64,000 nucleotides of DNA from an uncultured Chloroflexia bacterium (GTDB lineage Bacteria; Chloroflexota; Limnocylindria; Limnocylindrales; CSP1-4). The stretch spans positions 85,180-149,179 of the forward strand of contig CAWJIC010000075.1 in NCBI GenBank assembly GCA_963842755.1, written 5' to 3'. The notes under the pieces were generated by a model. The model did no database searches and was not told the DNA's origin. It saw only the letters and a list, made by a program, of their open reading frames with translations. The first letter of the stretch is position 1. Every line of letters begins with the position of its first letter. The position numbers and the translations under genes are program-made. Below are positions 18,681 through 28,636 of the stretch, one piece after another.

Positions 18681-19982
18681 CTAGACGCAGTTCGGGCAGG
18701 GACGCCGCGGCGGGGCGGCGATCCGGAGGAGCGCCTCCACGATCCGGTGGACGTCGGCCCGGCTCTGGTTGGTCAGGATCGCGATCGCGACCCCCTCGTC
18801 GGGCAGGTAGCGGAGCTCGCCCCGGAAGCCGAGCAGGCGTCCGCTGTGCCCGTAGGCGCGATGGGTGCCGATCCTGGTGACCTGGACCCCGAGGCCATAG
18901 CCGGCGGTGCGGTTGTAGCGAGCGGTCCGCCGGGCGTCGTCGACGGCGGCCTGGAGCGTCTCCGGGCGGAGGACCTCCCCGCTGTAGAGGGCCTGCGCCC
19001 AGCGGGCGAGGTCTCTCGACGTCGCCGCGATATTCCCGGCCGCGCCGGCCGCCGTGACCACCGACGTGAACGGGCGGACGTCGGTCCCGTCCGAGAGGTC
19101 GATCGGCGGGAACGTCTTCCCGGGCCCGTCGAACCGATAGCCGTGGGCGGGTCGCCCGCCGGGCGCCTCGGCGACCTGGACGTACGCGCCGGTCAGCCCC
19201 AGCGGGTCGAGGAACCGCTCGCGGACCTGGGTGGCGAACGGCGCGCCGCCGATCCGCTCCACGATGAGCCCCAGGAGCAGATAGTTCGTGTTCGAGTAGT
19301 TCCAGCCCCTGCCGGGGAGATAGCGGCGGGGTCCGACGTAGCCGAGCGCGCGGGCGGCCGTCCAGGTCCGACCGCGGTCAGCCAGGAGCGCCCGGTCGAT
19401 GCCCCGGCCGAAGAAGAAGTCGGCAAGGCCGCTGGTGTGATCGAGAAGCATCCGGACGGTGATCTTGCCACCGACCTTCACGCCCGGCAGGAGCGGGGCG
19501 ACCCGGTCGTCCAGGGACAGCTTCCCGTCCTCGACGAGCCTCAGGATCAGGGCGGCGGTGAACGTCTTGCTCATGCTCGCGATGGCGAAGGCGGTGTCCG
19601 GCGTGACCGGTCGCTGCGCGGCGACGTCGGCCAGCCCGCCTGTGCCGGTCCACGTCCGGCCGCCCGACCAGACGATCGTCACCGACGCGCCGGGGATCGC
19701 GGCTCTCCTGATCGCGCGATCGAGGACGGCCTGGAGCTCGGCCGCCGGGACCGGCTCGGGAGTGGTGGTCGGGGTAGGCCCCGGAGTGAGTGACGGGGTC
19801 GGGGTCGGGAGTTCGGCCGATGGACCCGAGGTCGCCCCCGCCGAGGCTGCCGGCGTACCCGCGCCGACCAGCGCGCCCGACGGAGCCGGCACGCCGACGC
19901 CCGGCAACCCGGCGACGATGAAGACGCCGGCGGCGAGGACGATCGAGGCCAGGATCGGCGCGACAAGCTGCCGGCGGGACAT
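18681..19982 (-). CDS. Secreted serine hydrolase of the beta-lactamase/D-Ala-D-Ala carboxypeptidase family
   Basis: SxxK motif ASMSKTF, YSN motif (NYSNTNY), HSG motif. Signal peptide and Pro/Thr linker. Confidence 0.8.
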   Translation of the reverse strand: MSRRQLVAPILASIVLAAGVFIVAGLPGVGVPAPSGALVGAGTPAASAGATSGPSAELPTPTPSLTPGPTPTTTPEPVPAAELQAVLDRAIRRAAIPGASVTIVWSGGRTWTGTGGLADVAAQRPVTPDTAFAIASMSKTFTAALILRLVEDGKLSLDDRVAPLLPGVKVGGKITVRMLLDHTSGLADFFFGRGIDRALLADRGRTWTAARALGYVGPRRYLPGRGWNYSNTNYLLLGLIVERIGGAPFATQVRERFLDPLGLTGAYVQVAEAPGGRPAHGYRFDGPGKTFPPIDLSDGTDVRPFTSVVTAAGAAGNIAATSRDLARWAQALYSGEVLRPETLQAAVDDARRTARYNRTAGYGLGVQVTRIGTHRAYGHSGRLLGFRGELRYLPDEGVAIAILTNQSRADVHRIVEALLRIAAPPRRPCPNCV

Positions 19983-20137
19983 GGCCGGACTATACGGCCG
20001 TCGGGCGGAGTGACCCTCGCCGGCACCCCGCTATGAGCGGGACTCATGCTGGACGCCGAAGCCGTGCGTGACTGCGTCATGACCTGCGGTCTGCCGCGGC
20101 ATCCACGCTCGGGTTGGCCCGTTGGGATGAGTGGCCC

Positions 20138-20647
20138 TCATGCGATTGTCGGGCGGCCGATCCGGGCGACGGTCGCCCCGGTCAGCCGGACGAGGTCCGC
20201 CGGGGCGAGCTCGAGGTCGAGGCCGCGCCGGCCACCGCTGACGAAGACCGTGGCGGCGTCGAGCGCGGTCGCGTCGACCACGGTCGGGAGCCGGCGGCGC
20301 TGCCCGAGCGGGCTGATCCCGCCGACGACGTAGCCGGTCGCCCGCTCGGCCTCGCCCGGATCGGCCATCGTCGCCCGCCGGCCGCCGACCGCCGCGGCCA
20401 GCGCCCTGAGATCGAGCTCTCCCCCGACCGGCACGATCCCCACGACGAGCCGCGCCTCGTCGACCCTGGCCAGGAGCGTCTTGAAGACGCGCTCCGGCTC
20501 CACGCCGAGCGCCGCGGCCGCCTCCAGCCCCCACGAGGTGCGCCGCTCGCGGCCGGTCGGCGTGGCGTCGTGGCCGTACTCGTGGACGCTGTGCTCGATC
20601 CCCGCCCGGCGCGCCGCGTCGACCGCCGGGGTGCCCCTTCCGCTCAT
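20138..20647 (-). CDS. YbaK/EbsC-family aminoacyl-tRNA deacylase
   Basis: Internal ATG at 20647. GYVVGGISPLG motif typical of YbaK. Confidence 0.7.
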   Translation of the reverse strand: MSGRGTPAVDAARRAGIEHSVHEYGHDATPTGRERRTSWGLEAAAALGVEPERVFKTLLARVDEARLVVGIVPVGGELDLRALAAAVGGRRATMADPGEAERATGYVVGGISPLGQRRRLPTVVDATALDAATVFVSGGRRGLDLELAPADLVRLTGATVARIGRPTIA

Positions 20648-20886
20648 CGGCGGATTATCCGCGAACACCCCGCACGAGGAATCCCCGGCAAAACCTCGCG
20701 GGCGGCTAGACTTGCGGGCGATGGCCGGAGCGCGCGGGGCCCAACGCCCGGCGCGACCGCAACGGAGGACAACCACACCGGTGGACACCAGGAAGCTGTT
20801 GGCGGAACTCGTCGGCGCGATGGTCGGCTGGGGGGTCCGCCGCTTCGCCAGCGGCGACGCGTCCGCTGCCTGACGCCGGCCCGCTG

Positions 20887-22113
20887 ATGACCATCCGACC
20901 GGGCCTCGGCGCCGCGGAGCTCCTCCGCTCGGTGGGGCTGCTCGCCGACGGCCCCGCGACGTGGGGGACCTCCGTTCGCTCGAACCGGCCCGGGGTCTAC
21001 CTGGTCGAGCTCCCGGCGCCGCCCGCCATGGCCCCGATCGACATTGCGGCAGTGGGGCGCTGGATTGAGCGGGTCCCGACCCTCACCCTCGACGGGAAGC
21101 ACCCCACCGGTCGGGAGCTGGCCGCGCGCCTGCACGGCTTCTGGCTCCCGGACCAGCCGGTCCTCTACATCGGGATGTCCACGGCGTCGGTCGGCGGGCG
21201 GGTTGCCCAGTTCGTCCGAACGCCGCTCGGCGACCGGAAGCCGCATGCCGGCGGTCATTGGCTGAAGACGCTCAGCGGCCTCGACCGGCTGCGGGTCTGG
21301 TGGGCGGAGACCGACGCTCCGGTCGAATACGAGGACGCGTTGCTGTCAGCGTTCGCGGCGGCCGTCCCGCCAGAGGTCGCGGCCCGGCTGCACGACCCGG
21401 CGTTGATCCTGCCCTTCGCGAACCTCCAGACGGCTGAGGGCGCCCGCAAGGACCACGGCATCCGCGGGGCACTCCTCGCCGATGACGCGGCCGGCCCCGT
21501 CACGGACGCGGATCGGCGGGCGGCAGCCGGAACGGCGAAGGCGACCCGCGCAACCGGGGTCCTCCGCTCGCGCACGGCGCTGCGGCCCGCGACCTCCGCG
21601 GCGGCCCGACCGGCGAAGGGCGGCGGCCCGAAGGTCGGGAGCAAGGCCCCGAAGGCGCCGACACGCCTCTCCGAATCCGGCCTCGCGGCGCTTCGCTCGG
21701 AGCATGCTGAGCTGACCGAGGTCGCCCGCCCGGCGATCGTCGCCCGGATCGTGGCCGCCCGCGAGCTCGGCGACCTCAAGGAGAACTCGGACTATCACGA
21801 GGCCCGCCGCGAGCAGTCGTTCGCCGAGGGCAGGGTCCGGGCGATCGAGGACCTCCTGCGCCACGTCGAGATCATCGAGGAGGGGGCGGACGAGGGCCGC
21901 GCCCGCCTCGGCTCGACGGTCGTCCTGGAGGGTCCCCACGGCGAGGAGGAGACGTTCTCGATCGTCGGCTCGACCGAGGCCAACCCGGCCACCGGGAGGA
22001 TCTCGGCGAGCTCGCCGATCGGCGCCGCCCTGCTCGACCGGTCCGCCGGCGATGAGGTCGAGGTGATCGTGCCGGCCGGCCGGATCAGGTACCGCATCGT
22101 CGAGGTCCGCTGA
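20887..22113 (+). CDS. GreA/GreB-family transcript cleavage factor fused to a 245-aa N-terminal domain of unknown function
   Basis: Residues 250-408 are a complete GreA: coiled-coil ARELGDLKENSDYHEARREQSFAEGRVRAIEDLL, then the FKBP-like C-domain. Residues 1-245 have no recognisable family and are joined by a basic AARPAKGGGPKVGSKAPKAPT linker. Confidence 0.7.
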   Translation: MTIRPGLGAAELLRSVGLLADGPATWGTSVRSNRPGVYLVELPAPPAMAPIDIAAVGRWIERVPTLTLDGKHPTGRELAARLHGFWLPDQPVLYIGMSTASVGGRVAQFVRTPLGDRKPHAGGHWLKTLSGLDRLRVWWAETDAPVEYEDALLSAFAAAVPPEVAARLHDPALILPFANLQTAEGARKDHGIRGALLADDAAGPVTDADRRAAAGTAKATRATGVLRSRTALRPATSAAARPAKGGGPKVGSKAPKAPTRLSESGLAALRSEHAELTEVARPAIVARIVAARELGDLKENSDYHEARREQSFAEGRVRAIEDLLRHVEIIEEGADEGRARLGSTVVLEGPHGEEETFSIVGSTEANPATGRISASSPIGAALLDRSAGDEVEVIVPAGRIRYRIVEVR

Positions 22114-22135
22114 GCCGACCGGCCGGCGAGATCCG

Positions 22136-23590
22136 TCAGCCCTCGCCGAGGGCCCGGGCGAGACGGGAGCCCAGGTCCTGGTCGACCTGCTCCCAGTAGG
22201 CGATGACGCGCGGCCGCATCTCGGCCGTGACACCGCCTCGAACGTGACCGGCGATGTTGCCCACGAGGTGCTCGCGGTCGGTCTCCGAGAGCACCTTGCG
22301 GTATAGCTCACCGGGCTGGCTGAAGTCGTCGTCGTCCCGGTGCCGCGTGTAGGCGGCACGAACGATCTCTCCGGTCACCTGCCAACCGGCGTCCTCGCCG
22401 AACCGCTCGGCAGCGGCAGCCGGGCCGCCGTACGAGTTGGGGGCGTAGACCGGATCGCCCGGGTTGGCGTAGCGCATCGCGCCGTCCTTGTTGTAGCTGT
22501 GGACGGGCGACTTGGGCCGGTTCACCGGCAGCTGCAGGTAGTTGGCGCCGATGCGGTAGCGATGCGTGTCGGGGTAGCTGAACAGCCGGCCGAGCAGCAT
22601 CTTGTCGGGGCTCGGCCCGATGCCGGGCACCATGTTCGCCGGCTCGAACGCCGCCTGCTCGATCTCGGCGAAGTAGTCATCCGGGTTGCGATCGAGGGTG
22701 AGCCGGCCGATGGGGATGAGCGGGTAGTCGGCGTGCGGCCAGACCTTGGTGAGGTCGAACGGGTTGAACCGGTAGTCGGCGGCTGCCTCGAACGGCATCA
22801 CCTGCATGTTCAGCGTCCACGACGGGTGCTCGCCGCGCGCGATCGCCTCGTGGAGATCGCGCAGGTGGAAGTCCGGGTCCTCGGCGACCATCGCCTTCGC
22901 CTCGGCGTCGGTGAAGCTCTCGATGCCCTGGTCGGTCTTGAAGTGGTACTTGACCCAGAACCGCTCGCCGGAGGCGTTGACCCACATGAACGTGTGCGAG
23001 CCATAGCCGTTCTGGTGCCGCCAGGTCCGCGGGGTGCCGCGGTCGGTCATGAGGAACGTCACCTGGTGCGCCGACTCCGGTGAGAGCGTCCAGAAGTCCC
23101 ACTGCATGTCGTTGTCGCGCAGGTGCGTGTCGGCGCGCCGCTTCTGCGAGTGGATGAAGTCCGAGAACTTCTGCGGATCGCGGATGAAGAAGATCGGAGT
23201 GTTGTTGCCGACGAGGTCGTAGTTGCCCTCCTCGGTGTAGAACTTCATCGCGAAACCGCGCGGGTCGCGGACGGTGTCGGCGCTGCCGGACTCGCCGGCG
23301 ACGGTCGAGCAGCGCAGGAGCACGTCTGTGCGCGCACCCTTCCGGAACAGCCGGGCGCGGGTGTACTGGCTGACGTCCTCGAAGCACTCGAAGCGGCCGA
23401 AGGCGCCACCGCCCTTCGCGTGCACCACTCGCTCGGGGACGCGCTCGCGGTTGAACTGCGCCATCTTCTGGATCACGTAGTGGTCCTGCAGCAGGATCGG
23501 CCCGTCCGGCCCGACGGTCAGCGAGTGCTCGTCACTGGCCGCAGGGATCCCGGCGTCGGTCGTCGTAAACGGGCGTTCGGGTCTGGTCAT
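22136..23590 (-). CDS. katA: Monofunctional heme catalase
   Basis: [16 protein letters not shown] and RDPRGFA catalase signatures. Full-length 484 aa from the ATG at 23590. Confidence 0.95.
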   Translation of the reverse strand: MTRPERPFTTTDAGIPAASDEHSLTVGPDGPILLQDHYVIQKMAQFNRERVPERVVHAKGGGAFGRFECFEDVSQYTRARLFRKGARTDVLLRCSTVAGESGSADTVRDPRGFAMKFYTEEGNYDLVGNNTPIFFIRDPQKFSDFIHSQKRRADTHLRDNDMQWDFWTLSPESAHQVTFLMTDRGTPRTWRHQNGYGSHTFMWVNASGERFWVKYHFKTDQGIESFTDAEAKAMVAEDPDFHLRDLHEAIARGEHPSWTLNMQVMPFEAAADYRFNPFDLTKVWPHADYPLIPIGRLTLDRNPDDYFAEIEQAAFEPANMVPGIGPSPDKMLLGRLFSYPDTHRYRIGANYLQLPVNRPKSPVHSYNKDGAMRYANPGDPVYAPNSYGGPAAAAERFGEDAGWQVTGEIVRAAYTRHRDDDDFSQPGELYRKVLSETDREHLVGNIAGHVRGGVTAEMRPRVIAYWEQVDQDLGSRLARALGEG

Positions 23591-23637
23591 GGCGTTCCCT
23601 TCCCTGGTTCGGACGAGTGGGACTGACACTGGGGGCA

Positions 23638-23658
23638 GAAGTCCAACTACAGGACTTC
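23638..23658. promoter_or_regulatory. 7-7-7 inverted repeat (GAAGTCCaactacaGGACTTC) upstream of catalase; candidate operator
   Basis: Perfect 7-bp arms 48-68 bp upstream of the catalase ATG. Confidence 0.35.
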
Positions 23659-23704
23659 ATCCAGTGTACGTGCGGGATCAGCGAGGAAGTCGCCGCCCCG
23701 GCGG

Positions 23705-24508
23705 TCAGCTGGGGGCTGCCAGGTCGCGCCGCGGGAAGACGATGAGGGCGATCGCGACCGAGACGGCGATCACCCCGCCGGGCACCAGCCAGTCGCCGGT
23801 CGTGAGGGTGCCCGAGAGCGCGCCCTTCGGGTCCAGGTAGTGGAACAGGGAGTACGGCTGGAGTCCCCTCGCGTCGATCCACAGCGAGCCGAGGATCTCG
23901 ACGAAGTAGTTCACCAGGAAGAACCCCAGGCTGAGCCCGAGCGCCGGGGTGATCCGGTCGAACGAGACCGAGGCGAGGAGCGAGACCGCCCCGAACGCCC
24001 CGAACGCGAGCACCCCGTTCAGCCACATCGCGGCCAGACGAGCCGGTTGGAGCTCGGCGAGCGCCCCGGCTGAGGCCGAGCCGAGGATGGTTCCGAGGAC
24101 GAGGGCGGCCATCGACACGGCGACGAACAACCACGTCGCGGCGAGGAGCGTCAGATAGAGCCCGCGGCGCGAGAGCGGCCGGGCGAGGAGGACCTCGAGG
24201 GTCCCCCGCTGGCGTTCTCCGGCGACCGCGGCGACCGGGAACCCGAGCGCGAAGACGAGCGTGAGGGCGACCGCGATCGGGTGGATAAACCCGAGGGCGA
24301 CGGCGCCCGACAGGCTGAACAGGTCCCCGCCGGCGAACTGGGTGAACTGCTGCGGGATCTGGCCGGACCCCAGGAACACCTTGATCTGGTCCTTGAACGA
24401 TTCGTAGATGATCGGCATGAGCGTGCCCCACACGATCAGCGCGATCGTGACCGCCACGAGCTTCGTCCGCTGGGAGCGCCAGGTGTAGGCGAAGAGGTGG
24501 CGGCTCAT
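23705..24508 (-). CDS. ABC-2 family transporter permease
   Basis: Internal ATG at 24508 (MSRHLFAYTW...). 6 predicted TM helices. 4-bp overlap with the upstream ATPase. Confidence 0.75.
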   Translation of the reverse strand: MSRHLFAYTWRSQRTKLVAVTIALIVWGTLMPIIYESFKDQIKVFLGSGQIPQQFTQFAGGDLFSLSGAVALGFIHPIAVALTLVFALGFPVAAVAGERQRGTLEVLLARPLSRRGLYLTLLAATWLFVAVSMAALVLGTILGSASAGALAELQPARLAAMWLNGVLAFGAFGAVSLLASVSFDRITPALGLSLGFFLVNYFVEILGSLWIDARGLQPYSLFHYLDPKGALSGTLTTGDWLVPGGVIAVSVAIALIVFPRRDLAAPS

Positions 24509-25635
24509 CGGCGGTCCGCCGGGGCGGCGGCGGGCGCTGGGGCGGCGGCGGGCGCTGGGGCGGCGGCGGGCGCTGGGGCGGCGGCGGTCCCGTGCGCCGG
24601 GCCGGTTCCGTCCACGCTGCCGTTCCCGTTGCCCTCGCCCTCGTAGAACTCGAGGAAGGCCTCCTCGAGGTGGGCGGGCTCGATCGTCAGGTCGACCACC
24701 GCCGTCCCGCCGATCGCGCCGAGGAACGGCCCGACGTCGCCGTCCAGCTGGCAGGTCAGGAGGCCGTCGTGGAACGCGACCCCGGACACGCCCGGGACCG
24801 CGCCGAGGTCGGGCGCCGGTCCGTGGATGCGCAGCTCGACGTGGCGCTTCCGCCGGGCGAGGAGCGCGCCGACCTCCTCGAGGGCCACCAGCCGTCCCGT
24901 CCGGATGATCGCGACCCGGTCGCACACCCGCTCGACCTCGGACAGGACGTGGGACGAGAAGAAGACCGTCCGCCCCGCCGCTCGAAGGTCGTCGAGGATG
25001 CCGTAGAAGGCGCGCTGCATGAGCGGGTCGAGCCCCTCCGAGGGCTCGTCGAGGATCGCCAGCTCCGGGTCGTGCTGGAGGGCCTGGATGATCCCCATCT
25101 TCTGGCGCATCCCGCGCGAGTAGTCGCGAACCTGCCGCTTCATCGTCCGGGCGGACATCTCCAGCCGGTCGAGCAGCTCCCGGCGGCGGACCGGGGGCCG
25201 GTCGTAGAGCTCGGCCAGGTAGTCGAGGAGACCCTCGCCCGACAGCCCGTCGTAGAGCGCGATCCCGCCGGGCAGGTAGCCGACACGTCGGCGGATGGCG
25301 ACGTTCTCCCGCTCGGCGTCGAGGCCCAGGACCTCCGCCCGGCCGTGGGTCGGATGGAGGAAGCCGAGGAGGAGGCGGATCATCGTGCTCTTGCCGGCGC
25401 CGTTGGGGCCGAGGAAGCCGAAGATCTCCCCCTCGCGGACGGCGATGCTCAGGTCCTGAAGGGCGGCGATCTCCGGCCCGGTCGGGAGCGGGCCGTGCCG
25501 CCGGCGTCCGTAGTGCTTCGTGAGGCGGTCGGTCCGGATGGCGTCCACGGCGGGAAAGGCTACACCGGCGAGCGCAGGCTCGCCGGTGTAGCCATGGGCC
25601 GTTCGGATGGGACCCGAGTGGCCCGGTCGGGTCAT
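24505..25635 (-). CDS. ABC transporter ATP-binding protein with C-terminal (APAPAA)n tail
   Basis: Walker A GPNGAGKST, signature YSRGMRQKM, Walker B ILDEPSEGLD. Confidence 0.85.
   Translation of the reverse strand: MTRPGHSGPIRTAHGYTGEPALAGVAFPAVDAIRTDRLTKHYGRRRHGPLPTGPEIAALQDLSIAVREGEIFGFLGPNGAGKSTMIRLLLGFLHPTHGRAEVLGLDAERENVAIRRRVGYLPGGIALYDGLSGEGLLDYLAELYDRPPVRRRELLDRLEMSARTMKRQVRDYSRGMRQKMGIIQALQHDPELAILDEPSEGLDPLMQRAFYGILDDLRAAGRTVFFSSHVLSEVERVCDRVAIIRTGRLVALEEVGALLARRKRHVELRIHGPAPDLGAVPGVSGVAFHDGLLTCQLDGDVGPFLGAIGGTAVVDLTIEPAHLEEAFLEFYEGEGNGNGSVDGTGPAHGTAAAPAPAAAPAPAAAPAPAAAPADRR
24521..24587. repeat. 18-bp tandem repeat (ggggcggcggcgggcgct, about 3.7 copies)
   Basis: Exact tandem copies. 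On the minus strand they encode APAPAA repeats at the ATPase C-terminus. Confidence 0.8.
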
Positions 25636-25710
25636 GGCCGCTCGGTCCCGGTCGGGCCATCCTGCTGGTCAGACCGCAGGAGACCCGTCTTGTCCGCGAC
25701 CGACCAGCGC

Positions 25711-27066
25711 ATGCTCCGCCGCCGACGACGCGCGTCCGCGACCCTCGCCGCCGCGCTCGCCGTCCTCGGCCTGCTCCTGGCGGGCGTCTCGCTCGTCGCG
25801 GCCGTCGAGCCCAGCCCGACGCCGAGCCCGACGGCGACGCCGGACCCGACGCCCACGCCCACGCCGGACCCGAGCCCGCCCCCTTCGCCGCCGACGATCA
25901 CCTTCTACGGACGGGGCTACGGCCACGGCGTGGGGCTGTCCCAGTACGGCGCCCGCGGCCGGGCCCTCGCGGGCCAGGACGCGGGGACCATCCTGGGCCA
26001 CTACTACGCGGGGACGACCCTCGGGACCACCGACCCATCACGGCCCGTCCGGGTCCTCGTCCTGTCCGGGTTCAAGCCGACGACCTCCACCCCGCTCCGT
26101 CTCTACGGCCGCGGGGCGCCGTGGACGATCGACGGGATCGACGCGACGTTCCCCAGGGACGCCTCGCTGCGGGTGACGAAGACCTCGACCGGGTTCCGGA
26201 TCGTCATCCGGGACGCCGCCGGCCGGATCCTCCTCGGCCGGACCACGGCGGGCAGCCTGCGGGTCCGCGCCGGGGCGACGTCCGCCGGCCGGATCCAGGT
26301 CTGGTCGAAGCCCGGCTACTACGACACCTACCGCGGCGTGATCCGCCTCCGGTCGACGTCCGCCGGCGTGAACGCGATCAACGAGACGGAGCTCGACCTC
26401 TACCTGCGCGGCGTCGTCCCGGCCGAGATGCCGTACTCGTGGCCGGGCGAGGCGCTCAAGGCCCAGGCGATCGCCGCCCGGAGCTACGCCGTGCGCCGGC
26501 TCCACCCGTCGACCGGCAGCTTCGACGTCTACGACGACACCCGCTCCCAGGTCTACCGCGGCTCGCTCGGCGAGAAGGCCGCCGCGAGCGCCGCCATCGT
26601 GGCGACCGCGGGCAAGGTCCTGATGAGCGGCACATCGGTTGCCAACGCGCTGTTCCACTCCACCGGCGGCGGGGCGACCGAGGACAACGAGAACGTGTTC
26701 GTGTCGAGCGCCGGGACGATCGTCGCGGGCCCGGTCTCGTACCTGCGGGGCTCGGCCGATCGCGCGGAGGACGGAACGAGCTACGACGCCAGAGCGCCGC
26801 GGGCGACATGGCAGACCGCCGCCTACACGCTGGCCCAGCTCTCGACCGTCTTCGCCGCCGACGCGCGCACGAACGTCGGGACGCTGACCGCGATCGACCT
26901 CTCGAAGCGCGGCGTCTCCGGGCGGCTGGTGAGCGTGACGCTCACCGGGAGCGCCGGCCCGAAGACCGTGTCCGGCGACGCCTTCCGGGCCGTCTTCAAC
27001 GCCCACACCCCGGCCGCCGACCCGTTCATGTGGAGCACCCTGGTCGACACCGCCCCGATCCCCTGA
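25711..27066 (+). CDS. SpoIID/LytB domain-containing protein (secreted peptidoglycan-remodelling enhancer)
   Basis: Signal/TM segment, PT-rich linker, then SpoIID/LytB-like core (GYGHGVGLSQYGA...ALFHSTGGG). Confidence 0.75.
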   Translation: MLRRRRRASATLAAALAVLGLLLAGVSLVAAVEPSPTPSPTATPDPTPTPTPDPSPPPSPPTITFYGRGYGHGVGLSQYGARGRALAGQDAGTILGHYYAGTTLGTTDPSRPVRVLVLSGFKPTTSTPLRLYGRGAPWTIDGIDATFPRDASLRVTKTSTGFRIVIRDAAGRILLGRTTAGSLRVRAGATSAGRIQVWSKPGYYDTYRGVIRLRSTSAGVNAINETELDLYLRGVVPAEMPYSWPGEALKAQAIAARSYAVRRLHPSTGSFDVYDDTRSQVYRGSLGEKAAASAAIVATAGKVLMSGTSVANALFHSTGGGATEDNENVFVSSAGTIVAGPVSYLRGSADRAEDGTSYDARAPRATWQTAAYTLAQLSTVFAADARTNVGTLTAIDLSKRGVSGRLVSVTLTGSAGPKTVSGDAFRAVFNAHTPAADPFMWSTLVDTAPIP

Positions 27067-27102
27067 CGCTCCCGGCGCCGGCCCGCCCGGCGCCGGCGGC
27101 CG

Positions 27103-27729
27103 ATGGTCGGCTATCCTCGGGCCGTGGTCCCTGCGCCGCCCCCGTTCGACCCGAGCCTCCCCCGCTGCACCTGGGCCGGCGCGGCAGGCTCGCGTCCCGA
27201 CCCGCTCATGGTCGCGTACCACGACGAGGAGTGGGGCGTTTCCGTCTCGGGCGACACGGAGCTCTTCGAGCGGCTCGCCCTCGAGGGCTTCCAGGCCGGC
27301 CTGTCGTGGTCGACGATCCTGCACAAGCGTGAGGCGTTCCGGGCGGCCTTCCGCGAGTTCGACCCCGCCGTCGTCGCCCACTTCGGCCCCGCGGACCGGG
27401 AGCGGCTGCTCGCCGACGCCGGGATCGTCCGGAACCGGGCCAAGGTGGAGGCCACGATCGCCAACGCCGCGCGCTTCCTCGACATCGTCACCGAACGAGG
27501 CTCGTTCGCCGCCCATCTCGCCGCATTGGCACCGGAACCGCCGGTCCCGCTCCCGCCCGGCACGACCATGGCCGAGCTCCCCGCCCGGACCGGCGCCTCC
27601 GACGCGCTGTCAAGGGACCTCCGCCGGCGCGGCTTCGGGTTCGTCGGCTCGACCATCGTCTACGCCTTCATGCAGAGCGTCGGCCTCGTCGACGACCACC
27701 TGCCGGGCTGCTTCCGCCACCGCGGCTGA
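27103..27729 (+). CDS. tag: DNA-3-methyladenine glycosylase I
   Basis: YHDEEWG, FQAGLSWSTIL and C-terminal Cys/His Zn-site pattern of Tag. Confidence 0.85.
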   Translation: MVGYPRAVVPAPPPFDPSLPRCTWAGAAGSRPDPLMVAYHDEEWGVSVSGDTELFERLALEGFQAGLSWSTILHKREAFRAAFREFDPAVVAHFGPADRERLLADAGIVRNRAKVEATIANAARFLDIVTERGSFAAHLAALAPEPPVPLPPGTTMAELPARTGASDALSRDLRRRGFGFVGSTIVYAFMQSVGLVDDHLPGCFRHRG

Positions 27730-27781
27730 CGGCCGGGCGGCGTCCGGCCGCCAAGGCGACGCGATCACCGCGGGGGCGGCA

Positions 27782-28636
27782 TCAAAGGTCGCGGCGGCGG
27801 AAGGAGACGACCGTCAGCCCCAGGATCCCGATCACCCAGGCGAGGCACCAGGCGAGGTAGAGCAGGCTCGGGCCGCTGGCGGCGAAGAACGGGTTCGCCT
27901 CCAGCACGCGGAGCGACCGATTCCCGGCGATCGCGGCGATGACGACCGGCGGCTCCAGGCTGAAGACCGCGGCCCGCCACAGGCCGTCCGACGGGAAGAC
28001 CAGCCGGGCGACCGAGCCGGCGGTGCCGAGCGAGTCGACGCCGAGGGCGGTGCCCACGCCGCCGAGGACGCCGACGCCCCAGGCCAGCCCGAACAGCACG
28101 ATCGCGACCGCGCCGCTGGCGATCGCCGGGAGGCGGCTGCTCAGCAGGAGCGTCGCGCTGAGGACGACGACGGCCTGCCCGACGAGCCCTCCGACGGCGC
28201 CGAGCGCGTCCGGCGGTCCGTAGCCGGAGGCGAGCCGCATCGCAGCGATCTCGAGCAGGCCGGCGACGGCGGCGTAGGCCGACACGACGATGGCCAGGCC
28301 GAGCCATCGTCCGACGACGAACATCCCGCGCCCGAGCGGTCGGGCGAGCAGCGCCAGCAGGACGCCGGACTCCACGTCCGCGGCGATCGCCGGGGCGCCG
28401 ATGAACGCGGCGGTCGCCGCGAGGATGAAGCTGAACATGAACGCGCACAAGATGAGCATCTGGCTGACGCCGACCTGGAGCTGGAGTTCCTTCGTGTGGT
28501 GGGCCCGGGCCTGGCTGACCAGGTACTCGAAGCCGAGGCCGCTCAGAACGACGATCGCGAGGGTCAGTGCGACGAGCGCCCACAGCGTCCGACGGCGGAG
28601 CGCCTCGAGGAGGGTCAGCCGGAGGATCGTGATCAT
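27782..28636 (-). CDS. ABC-2 family transporter permease
   Basis: Internal ATG at 28636 (MITILRLTLLEAL...). 6 TM helices. Coupled (4-bp overlap) to the upstream ATPase. Confidence 0.7.
   Translation of the reverse strand: MITILRLTLLEALRRRTLWALVALTLAIVVLSGLGFEYLVSQARAHHTKELQLQVGVSQMLILCAFMFSFILAATAAFIGAPAIAADVESGVLLALLARPLGRGMFVVGRWLGLAIVVSAYAAVAGLLEIAAMRLASGYGPPDALGAVGGLVGQAVVVLSATLLLSSRLPAIASGAVAIVLFGLAWGVGVLGGVGTALGVDSLGTAGSVARLVFPSDGLWRAAVFSLEPPVVIAAIAGNRSLRVLEANPFFAASGPSLLYLAWCLAWVIGILGLTVVSFRRRDL

Noticed and set aside
20917-21200. GIY-YIG nuclease motif in the GreA N-terminal extension (GVYLV ... LYIGMS)
   Set aside because: Spacing between the two elements is about 55 residues, far longer than in genuine GIY-YIG domains, and the downstream Arg/Glu/Asn catalytic residues are not evident.
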